A stretch of 50,071 nucleotides of DNA. It comes from a virus. Its lineage: Duplodnaviria > Caudoviricetes. The position numbers were made by a program, and so were the translations under genes. This document shows, piece by piece, positions 9,065 to 17,307 of this stretch (position 1 is its first letter; each line of letters starts with the position of its first letter). The notes under the pieces were generated by a model, which was given only the letters and a program-made list of their open reading frames with translations, made no database searches and had not been told where the DNA came from. Location: positions 1 through 50,071 of IMG/VR virus record IMGVR_UViG_3300028920_000008; one strand, written 5' to 3'.

Positions 9065-9790
9065 TTATAATGTCTTGCTTCTCTCAAGCTCTGCGTCAAC
9101 AATCTTCTCTTTAGAACCCCCGCCCATCTCGTTCTCTGTTTCCTGATATGATTTCATCGGCTTTTTGAGCGTGGCAAGGACAGATCTGTTGTGTTGATTT
9201 ATCTCAGACATAGGACTCGCAACCCCACCATCATTATCTTCGCGTGGATCACCTCCATGACCCATCCTTGCCATATCCGCTCTTGCTGCTAGAAACTCCA
9301 TCTGCAATTCGGGAAGTGTCTCTGCTTGCAAAGATGCAGTTTTCAAGAATTCTGCCAACGCATCATTGTCAGGCTCGTCTGGACGTTTATTCCCTGTTAC
9401 GCCCAAATACGACAAAGCCTGATTAATACTTGCTACGGCCCGATTGAATGAAGTTGTCAATTTCGTAAGGCTATCAATAGATGCATCTTCCCCACTTACA
9501 CCGGCGGCGACACTCTTGTAAATTTCCTGAATTGTCAGGACGCCCGTTATAATCAGGTTCGCTTGAAATCGGTCTGCCATCCGGAAAAGTTCATTTTTGG
9601 ATCCTCGTAATTCTACGAGCTGCATCCATTTGATAATGTCCTTCTCGTCAATCTGGATAGTAGCAAGTGCGGATTGGAGAGTCCCCTTCTTCGGTCGCCC
9701 GCGCTTTGCCCCGACACGAGAGCCACTGGAAGAAGTAGTGTCTTTAGGATCTCCGGTTGGATTCTTTCTTGGTCGGCCTGGCTTCGCCAT
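9065..9790 (-). CDS. DNA-binding protein with AT-hook-like motifs; terminase small subunit candidate
   Basis: KPGRPRK and KRGRPKK motifs, helical core; first gene of the late block; likely ATG at 9790. Confidence 0.5.
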   Translation of the reverse strand: MAKPGRPRKNPTGDPKDTTSSSGSRVGAKRGRPKKGTLQSALATIQIDEKDIIKWMQLVELRGSKNELFRMADRFQANLIITGVLTIQEIYKSVAAGVSGEDASIDSLTKLTTSFNRAVASINQALSYLGVTGNKRPDEPDNDALAEFLKTASLQAETLPELQMEFLAARADMARMGHGGDPREDNDGGVASPMSEINQHNRSVLATLKKPMKSYQETENEMGGGSKEKIVDAELERSKTL

Positions 9791-9865
9791 CAGAGGCACT
9801 TCCCTTCTGATGGCAACATCCCAGAAACTCAATATATAGTCAATACTTATCTTCAGTTGAGTGTA

Positions 9866-9885
9866 GCTTATAAGCGCTTATAAGC
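9866..9885. promoter_or_regulatory. Perfect 20-bp palindrome GCTTATAAGCGCTTATAAGC (operator candidate)
   Basis: Seen directly, upstream of the late block. Confidence 0.6.
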
Positions 9886-10166
9886 ATATCTCTCTCGATT
9901 TTTTAGATAATAGATTGTATTCTTGTTATTTTGATCGGATCTTTGTTGTTACTCGATCGGTACATTATTTGTTTATCGGTGGTTATGAGATTAGATGGAG
10001 ATATTGGATGCTAGATGAAAAATTGGTCGAGCGTGTGATGTGGACTAGGTAGAGGAGATCTTTTCCGGTAAAGTGTAAGAAAATACCATATACACCGTTT
10101 TTTACGTTTAAATTGTAAGATATAGTGAAACAAAGTAAGCGCAACAAAAACAACATTTTACGCAGG

Positions 10167-10194
10167 ATGTCGCATAACATATATTATGTTAACT
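10167..10194 (+). other. dif-like XerC/XerD recombination site
   Basis: ATGTCGCATAA-CATATA-TTATGTTAACT versus E. coli dif GGTGCGCATAA-TGTATA-TTATGTTAAAT; 11-6-11 layout, XerD arm 10/11 identical. Confidence 0.8.
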
Positions 10195-10480
10195 AAGTAG
10201 GCTAAGCGCTTTATTTACAACGTGTTATGGTATGGCGTGCGGTATAGTGTAGAATATATGCTATTGTTGTATGATATGGCTAACATGTTGCACTATAATA
10301 CACTATGGCGACACATGGCGTAACTAGTCAACCATACCGCAATAGTCCGTTTTCACCTATGCAATTATTATGCCAAAACAAATAAACCGCCGCTTTTTTC
10401 AAAAAACATGCCAAAAAGACACCTATTTTTAACCGCTTTCGCCGTTTCACGTAAACCGCAAAAAATAGTTTTTTTCTTGC

Positions 10481-10509
10481 TTTACATACCGCTTGCCGTT
10501 TGGTACGCT
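10481..10509 (+). promoter_or_regulatory. Sigma70-type early promoter
   Basis: TTTACA-17 bp-TACGCT with extended -10 TG and an A/T-rich upstream tract. Confidence 0.6.
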
Positions 10510-10592
10510 TTCTATACGTAGAAAAATAGGGAAACCGTTAGATGGTAAGAATTGATTTTTTCCTACTTTCGGGTTAGCGGTTTCATTCCTAT

Positions 10593-10604
10593 TGTTCTTT
10601 GACA
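10593..10604 (+). promoter_or_regulatory. boxA-like antitermination element
   Basis: TGTTCTTTGACA versus rrn boxA TGCTCTTTAACA; follows a leader hairpin (10525-10593). Confidence 0.5.
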
Positions 10605-10698
10605 ACCGAACCGAACCGAAAGCGCCGTTTTATTTAACTAAGCGGTTAACATTAAATTAGTGTACTAGTTTTTTAGTGTTAACTTAGGGGTTAATACA

Positions 10699-11421
10699 AT
10701 GGCGAATAAATTCGACGTTCTACGTGAAGAACGTGAAGAGTTGTTACTTTCTATTGAAGCGCTGAAAGCGTCAACACACAAGAACGCGCCCGCGCTTCTT
10801 AAGAAAGTAGAAACTAAATTAGCAGACGTTGAAAGCGAAATCGAAGCGAACCGCAAGGAATTTGAATTGTCCGAAGTTTGCAATTCGCTTTCCAACGTCA
10901 AAGGGAACCCGTCCGAAGTTTTTGCTTCCGCTTGTAAAAAAGCGGGAATAGATTATAACTGTCGGTTGTACGTTGACTTCACCTTTTCAACGGGAACCGC
11001 GGTTATGGCTGTTAAACCCGCAATTATTCGGACGTCCCGTGAAAGTGTCATTTCGTGGAATGGAATGCCACTTCCGAAAAAATTGTCGGTGAATTTGTCG
11101 GACAACAAAGCGGAAATGACAGAATTCACGCGAACCGCAAGTTTCGATGGAGAAACCGACTTCGCTTCGTGGGAAACCGCTTTCCGCGCTTTGCTTTCCT
11201 GTTATGGCGAATTGCCGAAAGCGTATGATTCCTACAACGTAGACTTTCAAGCACGGCAAGGGAAAAAATCCCGCTTTGAAAGCGCAAGCGCAAGGAACAA
11301 ACTGGAGCGGTTAACACGTTCTACGGTTTCTATGGGTTCATTCTTCGAAGTGACACCTACGGGAAAGCACGGTGAAGCAACCGAAAGCGCAAGCAAAGAA
11401 ACAACCGACAAAAAGCCGTAA
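10699..11421 (+). CDS. First early gene, 240-aa orphan (N-terminal coiled coil)
   Basis: Own promoter, atypical codon usage, downstream hairpin. Confidence 0.8.
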   Translation: MANKFDVLREEREELLLSIEALKASTHKNAPALLKKVETKLADVESEIEANRKEFELSEVCNSLSNVKGNPSEVFASACKKAGIDYNCRLYVDFTFSTGTAVMAVKPAIIRTSRESVISWNGMPLPKKLSVNLSDNKAEMTEFTRTASFDGETDFASWETAFRALLSCYGELPKAYDSYNVDFQARQGKKSRFESASARNKLERLTRSTVSMGSFFEVTPTGKHGEATESASKETTDKKP

Positions 11422-11434
11422 ATGTCAACCGAAC

Positions 11435-11475
11435 AATTGACACAATTAATACGGTTTTTGCCGTTTGTGTCAATT
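11435..11475 (+). terminator. Hairpin after the first early gene
   Basis: AATTGACACA...TGTGTCAATT stem followed by T-rich sequence. Confidence 0.4.
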
Positions 11476-11869
11476 CACGGTTTTGCGGTTGCGGTAGTTT
11501 GTTTCTGGTTGTTTCTTGCGCTTGTTTCGGTTGCTTCTGGTAAAAACCGCAATAGTTAAATTCGGTTGTTTTCGGTTCGGTTTCGGTTGTTTTTGGCACA
11601 GTTTTTTTTGTCTTGCTATTACAAAATATCTGATTTTTCTTTATATAGTGAAACCGTGTGAAAGCGGTTTTTTGTGTTTTAAGCATATAATTAAGTTAAA
11701 AATGATTCGGTTTTACCGCAAAAAAGCGGAAATATCAAAACGGTTTGGCGACAAGGGAAAAAGAGAATCTTTTGCTACCATTGGAAATATATCGAGTTTT
11801 TCGTGGGGTTTTTGGGCGGTGGCTGTTTTGTTGTGTTTCGAAATCTGAAAACTTGAAAGGAGGTGAAGT

Positions 11870-12061
11870 GTGGAAAAGATATCAAATTCTCGCGAGCCTC
11901 GACGCGGCGACAATGTGATGGTGCCGAACGGTGAAGAAAAGCCGATATTTGGCACTATTGAAAACATTGACGTTGATTCGAAGGTAGCGATAATTAAATT
12001 AGAGGGATACGGATACCGTGTCTCTATTCCGGTTGTTGCCGTTACACAGATATTAGTGTAG
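11870..12061 (+). CDS. Small KOW/SH3-like protein
   Basis: RRGDNVMV...FGTIENID...VAIIKL; AAAGGAGG RBS. Confidence 0.55.
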   Translation: MEKISNSREPRRGDNVMVPNGEEKPIFGTIENIDVDSKVAIIKLEGYGYRVSIPVVAVTQILV

Positions 12062-12089
12062 CGGTTTCTTTTTGTCATGGAGTTTTGAT

Positions 12090-12476
12090 ATGAATCCGGA
12101 TGAAAGAAAGCTACTGGAAAGATGTGAGCAAGGCGACCCACAAGCAATTATGGATTATCTTGCTACACCGCACCGGCCAGATGTTGTTGTGCTTTTCAAG
12201 ACTATCTTTGGATATTCAATTCAAGCACACTATTCTCGTGCATCTGGTGCAACGTATGATACGTGTTCACTGTCGTGCAAACCGAAACTTTCGTGGGAAC
12301 CGACAGATGGTCACGACCGCGTACTCTGGACGGAATCGAGCGGGAAACCATATCTGTTTCCGACAGACGCGGAGCTGATGAATCCTGACCGCGTGATTAC
12401 TGACAGCTATTATATCATTCGCAACGGCAAAGTCCTTGAGTATGATGAAAGACGTGCGGTTGAGGGTTCAATATGA
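12090..12476 (+). CDS. Hypothetical protein
   Basis: GGAG RBS before ATG 12090. Confidence 0.65.
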   Translation: MNPDERKLLERCEQGDPQAIMDYLATPHRPDVVVLFKTIFGYSIQAHYSRASGATYDTCSLSCKPKLSWEPTDGHDRVLWTESSGKPYLFPTDAELMNPDRVITDSYYIIRNGKVLEYDERRAVEGSI

Positions 12477-12548
12477 ACATCAAAGAGATGTTCTTCTCGT
12501 GGATTGCTTCTATTGTTTGTTGTTTACTTAAAGCATTGGAGGCGATTG

Positions 12549-12686
12549 ATGGATAGGTTTACGATGCGTACAAGGCTTGTGGCACTGGGAATCATATTGT
12601 CGGCATGTTTGATGCCTTTCAATTGGTTCGGCTCTCTGCTCCTACTTGTAACGTGGATGATAGTTACCTTCACAGTGGAGGGATAA
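12549..12686 (+). CDS. Small membrane protein
   Basis: GGAGG RBS; two hydrophobic stretches. Confidence 0.5.
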   Translation: MDRFTMRTRLVALGIILSACLMPFNWFGSLLLLVTWMIVTFTVEG

Positions 12687-12979
12687 TGAAAGACACAACA
12701 AAGTCATCATTCCAGAGAATACTGGATGAAGATGGCAACGTGTGGCGGTATGCTAAAGAGCCGATCATCGACAGCTCTGGATATGGAAACTGTTCAGAGT
12801 GTAATAGATGTGACTGCGACGATACTACCGTACAATGTGATGTTCAGTTTGACCCAAGCGGTCATCACTGTCCGGGTTTAAGGGAAGCGTATATCTTGTG
12901 GATGTATGGAAAGCCACTCATAACGCTTTGCCCTAGATGCTTCAACCTAAACGTAAGAAACGGGATGAAGCATTACTAA
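12686..12979 (+). CDS. Cys-rich putative zinc-binding protein
   Basis: CSEC...C...CPRC motifs; GGAGGG RBS. Confidence 0.55.
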   Translation: MKDTTKSSFQRILDEDGNVWRYAKEPIIDSSGYGNCSECNRCDCDDTTVQCDVQFDPSGHHCPGLREAYILWMYGKPLITLCPRCFNLNVRNGMKHY

Positions 12980-12988
12980 AATCGGATA

Positions 12989-13166
12989 GATGTTGCCGGA
13001 GATGGAAACCCTCCTCGGACTCCATCGTGTGCGGTATTATGTGGGGACATCGATATCGCACACGGCAACATCAACGCGCCCCGGTGATGCGCGGACGTAG
13101 AGATGGTTGGTTCGCCTCCGGCCATCAACTCCTTGACGCATCACTTGGGGCGCTTGTCGTTTTTTT
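12989..13166 (+). ncRNA. Three-way-junction RNA candidate followed by a long terminator-like hairpin
   Basis: P1 GATGTTGCCG/CGGCAACATC encloses GATGGA/TCCATC and GTGTGCG/CGCACAC stems; then GCGCCCCGGTGATGCG/CGCATCACTTGGGGCGC and T7. Confidence 0.5.
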
Positions 13167-13196
13167 CGTAGATGCCCAGGAAGGACTACAAACAAG

Positions 13197-13502
13197 ATGA
13201 ATGATGAATCTGGAAATGATTTTTCTTCTCGCTCAGAAAAAATGACGCCGCGTGCGCCATCAAAGCTGGAAGAGAAAGAGCTGATGAAGGCATTCTCTGA
13301 TGAGTATGGAACAGACAGTGATTACAATGATATGTGGGGCGCATATATCGCAATCTTTGACAATTACATCACCGGAGGGCCGGGATGGTTTGGGAAGCTT
13401 GCGGTTGTTGTTTATGATGGAAGCCCAGATTTTGTTCAAAGCTGGAGATGGATCCAGGCCGAGCAAAGATGGACTTTGTGTGGAGACTACAAAGATATCT
13501 GA
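13197..13502 (+). CDS. Hypothetical protein
   Basis: ORF with RBS; YITGGPGWFG motif. Confidence 0.65.
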   Translation: MNDESGNDFSSRSEKMTPRAPSKLEEKELMKAFSDEYGTDSDYNDMWGAYIAIFDNYITGGPGWFGKLAVVVYDGSPDFVQSWRWIQAEQRWTLCGDYKDI

Positions 13503-13516
13503 AAGGTTGATGTGAA

Positions 13517-13750
13517 ATGTTCGGATGTAAACACAAATTTGAAGAGCAATCGAGGACATTCTCGATGCCAAATCCGAACAGATTTGGGAAGATACGAGTC
13601 GAAGATCTTTCGATGGACGAAAGGGAGAGGTTTCTTCAATCAATTCTGTTTGGAATCACTTCGATAGTATCTGTTTGTGTAAAGTGTGGCAAGATTGAGT
13701 CTTGCCTTGTAATTGGAGATCATTCAACACTATCAAACGAAAGGGGGTGA
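13517..13750 (+). CDS. Small zinc-ribbon-like protein
   Basis: CKH...CVKCG. Confidence 0.6.
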   Translation: MFGCKHKFEEQSRTFSMPNPNRFGKIRVEDLSMDERERFLQSILFGITSIVSVCVKCGKIESCLVIGDHSTLSNERG

Positions 13751-13752
13751 TT

Positions 13753-14055
13753 GTGGACAATGACTCTCCGCTGAAAAAAAGGATATGGATCACCCGTGAT
13801 TCAAAAGCGCTGCCATATTCCGTTTGGGAAGATGGTAGGCCCGAATGGGGTGATGGATCGCAAAGATGGGGATACTATAAAACTTCGATGTCAAGTGAGA
13901 AAAGAGTTCTCACGATGAAGGGAGATAGGCTGCCATCTTTTGTGATGTACCTGTCCTCAGAAGATGCTGCGAATTTCTTCGGCGTAAGCGGGATGGAAGG
14001 AGGCAGCGATTCAATTGTAGAGATGGAGGTTTCAATCAAAGTCATTGGAGGATGA
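13753..14055 (+). CDS. Hypothetical protein
   Basis: GTG start after AAGGGGGTGA. Confidence 0.55.
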   Translation: MDNDSPLKKRIWITRDSKALPYSVWEDGRPEWGDGSQRWGYYKTSMSSEKRVLTMKGDRLPSFVMYLSSEDAANFFGVSGMEGGSDSIVEMEVSIKVIGG

Positions 14056-14464
14056 CTTGAAACAATCAAACGTGTTCAAGATCGATGCTCTCATTCAAAA
14101 GATTGAGAACAAGATTAAGCCAGATCTCGACAAACTGGAGGAGCTGAAGATAGCCCGCAAGGTTATTTCCGATCTTCCAGATACCGTCGAAATGCCTGGC
14201 TCAAAGACAGTCCCGCCGCCATCAAAAAGGCGGCGAAAAAAGAGATACGGTAGCAAGAGCGTTCTGTCCTACGTGAGCGCTCTTATATCAAATCGTATAC
14301 TCATCGGTTCTTTCAACGCGAAAGATGTTCGTCGAAAAGTCAAGAATACTTACGGGTATAACGTAAATATCAAGACAATCGGCGTTGCACTTTCTCGTTT
14401 GTGCAAGGAAGGCAGAATCAATCGCGTTGGTCGCGGATTGTATCGCATTCCGATTGATAAGTAA
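14045..14464 (+). CDS. Winged-helix DNA-binding protein
   Basis: N-terminal coiled coil, basic linker, C-terminal TIGVALSRLCKEGRINRVGRGLY. Confidence 0.7.
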   Translation: MEDDLKQSNVFKIDALIQKIENKIKPDLDKLEELKIARKVISDLPDTVEMPGSKTVPPPSKRRRKKRYGSKSVLSYVSALISNRILIGSFNAKDVRRKVKNTYGYNVNIKTIGVALSRLCKEGRINRVGRGLYRIPIDK

Positions 14465-14641
14465 CAGCAACAACAGAATAGAAAGGGGATATCATGGATT
14501 TCAAAAAGTCCATTCAGAACCTGAAGTATCGCGATAGAAAGGAAAGAGCCGAAATGCACAAGGCATCTCCGGAGCATCGCGCAGATGTAATGCGGCATTC
14601 GATTTCGAACGACAAATGGATTTCCGCTCTCCAGAGAGCAG

Positions 14642-14860
14642 GTGAATCTGATGTCACTTCGAGGTAGGATTTCAAAAATCAAAAAGCATCTTTATGATGC
14701 TCAGGGAAAACTGAGAGCGTTGCCGAACGATGTGTTCAATCCGATGGATGAAACACAAATAATGCGTAAGGACGTGATACTAAATCAAATCGGACTTACG
14801 CTTATGTCGTTAGATGAACTCAAAAACGATGTCATCGAGGGCGCAAAAGACAGCAAGTAG
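14642..14860 (+). CDS. Hypothetical protein
   Basis: Helical ORF preceding a terminator-like hairpin. Confidence 0.5.
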   Translation: MNLMSLRGRISKIKKHLYDAQGKLRALPNDVFNPMDETQIMRKDVILNQIGLTLMSLDELKNDVIEGAKDSK

Positions 14861-14867
14861 TATCGGC

Positions 14868-14937
14868 AACCGCAGACATCCTCCTGAGATGGTGCAACCA
14901 AGAAGGCTTGCATCACTTGGGAGGATGTCCGGTTTTT
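14868..14937 (+). terminator. Long hairpin with T-tract
   Basis: GACATCCTCCTGAG/CTTGGGAGGATGTC stem then TTTTT. Confidence 0.6.
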
Positions 14938-14938
14938 C

Positions 14939-15304
14939 GTGGAGGTTTTGATGCTAAAAAAGAATCGAGAAGTTTCTAAGTATGATTTTGTTGAGATTGA
15001 AGATACAAGCGAGCCGAGATGTCGGCACTTCGGGGTTGTTGTGAATTATGTATATACATCAAAGGAAGTTGTTGAAGAAAAAGGACAGCTTCTTGAGATA
15101 GAAAGATTCATCAACGATCCTAGCACTGGTGAATTTGCCTATACTGGACTATCGTACTACTACGAAAAAAACGTGGTGGTTATATCGAAGGCCGAAAAGC
15201 CGGTTGATCCCAAGTTGGCTGTCAAGTTTTTGCTTTTCGATATAAATAGGGAGTTGTCCAGGGTCACATCAAAAGAGGGGGAATCAGATGTATGTGTATC
15301 GTAG
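14939..15304 (+). CDS. Hypothetical protein
   Basis: GGAGG RBS suggests a start near 14951. Confidence 0.6.
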   Translation: MEVLMLKKNREVSKYDFVEIEDTSEPRCRHFGVVVNYVYTSKEVVEEKGQLLEIERFINDPSTGEFAYTGLSYYYEKNVVVISKAEKPVDPKLAVKFLLFDINRELSRVTSKEGESDVCVS

Positions 15305-15788
15305 GATGTCTCCTTTTGATAAGGTTGATAAGGAGAACCCGCAATACTTTGTTGGATTTTATGATCCACAAGGAAAGTGGTATCTCGAATCAGGCCCGTT
15401 TGCAAGCACAGAAGAAGCAGCAAATAGAGTTCACTATCTGAACAGTCTATCGTCTGTCACAGAGAAAATAGCAACAGAGATATATAATACGGTATATGAA
15501 GCCGTAGAGAAATATATCGAGAAGGCAAAGAATGATGGATTGTTTTCTCCGCAGGTCACCGATGATGGTGAATTTCTCGACAGATGGAGTATTCGCGGAT
15601 GGGATGGAAAAAAATGGACAGAGGTAACCCTTGATGTTGCCATAGAATCTGCGGAAAAATATCTGTCGGCCTGGAAACAAGTTGGTGACACAATAAGAAA
15701 CTCTATCGATGGAAACTCGATGGAGCTAAGGGTATTCAATGAGATTGGCGAACACACTGACGCCTGTTGTATAATCAAACTAGATTGA
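15288..15788 (+). CDS. Hypothetical protein
   Basis: YFVGFYDPQGKW...EEAANRVHYLN small-domain pattern. Confidence 0.65.
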   Translation: MYVYRRMSPFDKVDKENPQYFVGFYDPQGKWYLESGPFASTEEAANRVHYLNSLSSVTEKIATEIYNTVYEAVEKYIEKAKNDGLFSPQVTDDGEFLDRWSIRGWDGKKWTEVTLDVAIESAEKYLSAWKQVGDTIRNSIDGNSMELRVFNEIGEHTDACCIIKLD

Positions 15789-15807
15789 CCGGAAAGGAGA
15801 TGGTCAA

Positions 15808-16068
15808 ATGGCAAGCTATCAGGAAACTGGAAAAAAGATAGCGGACAGAATATCCACCCCGCTGTCAAAGCTCGATGAAACAGACCGAAGGGATGTTATC
15901 GACGCTATTTTGTTCTTCGGACAAACTGCAAAGTTTAGATGTCGAAACAACAGCGCGTATGACAATTTTTGTCGTATCTGTTTTGGTCGAGTCGCAAGGC
16001 TTGAAAGATCAGATGTTGGGCTTGGATTCGACATGCTTCATGTTGATTCTCTGAAAGAAAACGAATAG
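15808..16068 (+). CDS. Hypothetical protein
   Basis: AAAGGAG RBS. Confidence 0.6.
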   Translation: MASYQETGKKIADRISTPLSKLDETDRRDVIDAILFFGQTAKFRCRNNSAYDNFCRICFGRVARLERSDVGLGFDMLHVDSLKENE

Positions 16069-16077
16069 GAGGATGGC

Positions 16078-16626
16078 ATGTCATCAAATGATTTGCTTAA
16101 AGTCAAACTTGTTTTGACAGATAAGAGTGAGGTTGTTTGTCGCGATGTCAGACAAGAAACAGTGGCAGATAGCCCGACGTGGAACAGATATCGTGCGCTG
16201 CTCCAAGAGTGGAAGATGAAACAGGAGCCTACAAACGAGCTAATCGAGCTTCTGATTGAGTTTCTTCCGATTGACATCGAGCTGTTGCTTTGGGAGAAGT
16301 ACGATGGAGGAGATAGTGACGGATATCAAAGAGCAGTTGATAGATTTAGTCACGAGCTTCCATGCGAGAACGGTCTGATGGAGTTTAGGGATGAGCTTGT
16401 AAGGCTCTACTCTGACGCAGATCTTGCTGATAGATCAATCGAAGATCTTGAGGAGATGTTGCTTGAAATGAAGGAGTACAAAAACATAACTGTAAGTTTG
16501 ATTTGTGATAAAATCAAACGCGCAGTTGAAAGTGCTTGTGCGCTCATCAATCAAGCAAGAGATGTTGGAGGATATGATTCTGATATTGAATCATATATTG
16601 ATCTCCTGAGAGAGATAAGGACATAA
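16078..16626 (+). CDS. Acidic helical hypothetical protein
   Basis: AGGAGG RBS. Confidence 0.65.
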   Translation: MSSNDLLKVKLVLTDKSEVVCRDVRQETVADSPTWNRYRALLQEWKMKQEPTNELIELLIEFLPIDIELLLWEKYDGGDSDGYQRAVDRFSHELPCENGLMEFRDELVRLYSDADLADRSIEDLEEMLLEMKEYKNITVSLICDKIKRAVESACALINQARDVGGYDSDIESYIDLLREIRT

Positions 16627-16643
16627 TAACTAGGGGGCATCAC

Positions 16644-17093
16644 ATGCCAAGAGAGCGAAAATCATACGATATCCGTATGATAAAAAAATACAGAATACTC
16701 GAAAGGCCATCAATAAAAGGCCCAAGAGATGCTGTGAATCACGCAATTAAAATCGGGATGTTCAAAAAAGATCCCGACAAGGAGGTTTTCTACGCCTACT
16801 ATCTCAGCACAAAGAACGAGATAATAGTGGTTGATACTATCTCAATTGGATCTCTAAATGCGTCAATTGTTCATCCGAGAGAGATACTCAAACCTGCGAT
16901 ATTAAATTCTGCTGCGGCGATTCTTATGATGCACAATCATCCAACAGGAGACCCCGCACCATCAAAAGAGGATATAGAATTTACGCGCAGATTCAATCAG
17001 TGCTGCGAGCTGATTGGAATTCAGTTGCTAGATCATGTTATCGTTGGAGCTGATGGTAAATACCATAGCTGCAAAGAGAACGGATCCATCTAG
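16644..17093 (+). CDS. radC: RadC-like JAB/MPN domain protein
   Basis: E...GSLNASIVHPREI...HNHPTGDPAPSKED...LLDHVIVG. Confidence 0.92.
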   Translation: MPRERKSYDIRMIKKYRILERPSIKGPRDAVNHAIKIGMFKKDPDKEVFYAYYLSTKNEIIVVDTISIGSLNASIVHPREILKPAILNSAAAILMMHNHPTGDPAPSKEDIEFTRRFNQCCELIGIQLLDHVIVGADGKYHSCKENGSI

Positions 17094-17122
17094 CACAGAA
17101 GTACATAGTCCTTGAGAGCATC

Positions 17123-17192
17123 AGGGGCCAGGGTGCCGGATAGATGATGGTATCCCGAAAACTGTCATCTGTCTAGTAAACTGGCCCCTTTT
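17123..17192 (+). terminator. Long hairpin terminator
   Basis: AGGGGCCAG...CTGGCCCCT outer stem, inner TAGATGATGG/CTGTCATCTG, then TTTT. Confidence 0.6.
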
Positions 17193-17307
17193 CGCGTGGA
17201 TAAATATATATCACTTGGGCCGGCATTCAGATTTTCGTGGCGTTTTTTAATATGGAAAATTATATTTCAATTCTCTAATCTGAAATATAAAAACTGTAGG
17301 GAGAGAG

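Noticed and set aside
9983-10180. 65-aa minus-strand ORF
   Set aside because: No RBS, low-complexity composition, overlaps the dif site
11357-11848. ORFs 11357..11686 (-) and 11516..11848 (+)
   Set aside because: Products of the repetitive CGGTT/T-rich tract; no convincing RBS
12989-13072. Hammerhead ribozyme or tRNA
   Set aside because: No CUGANGA core and no T-loop or D-loop consensus
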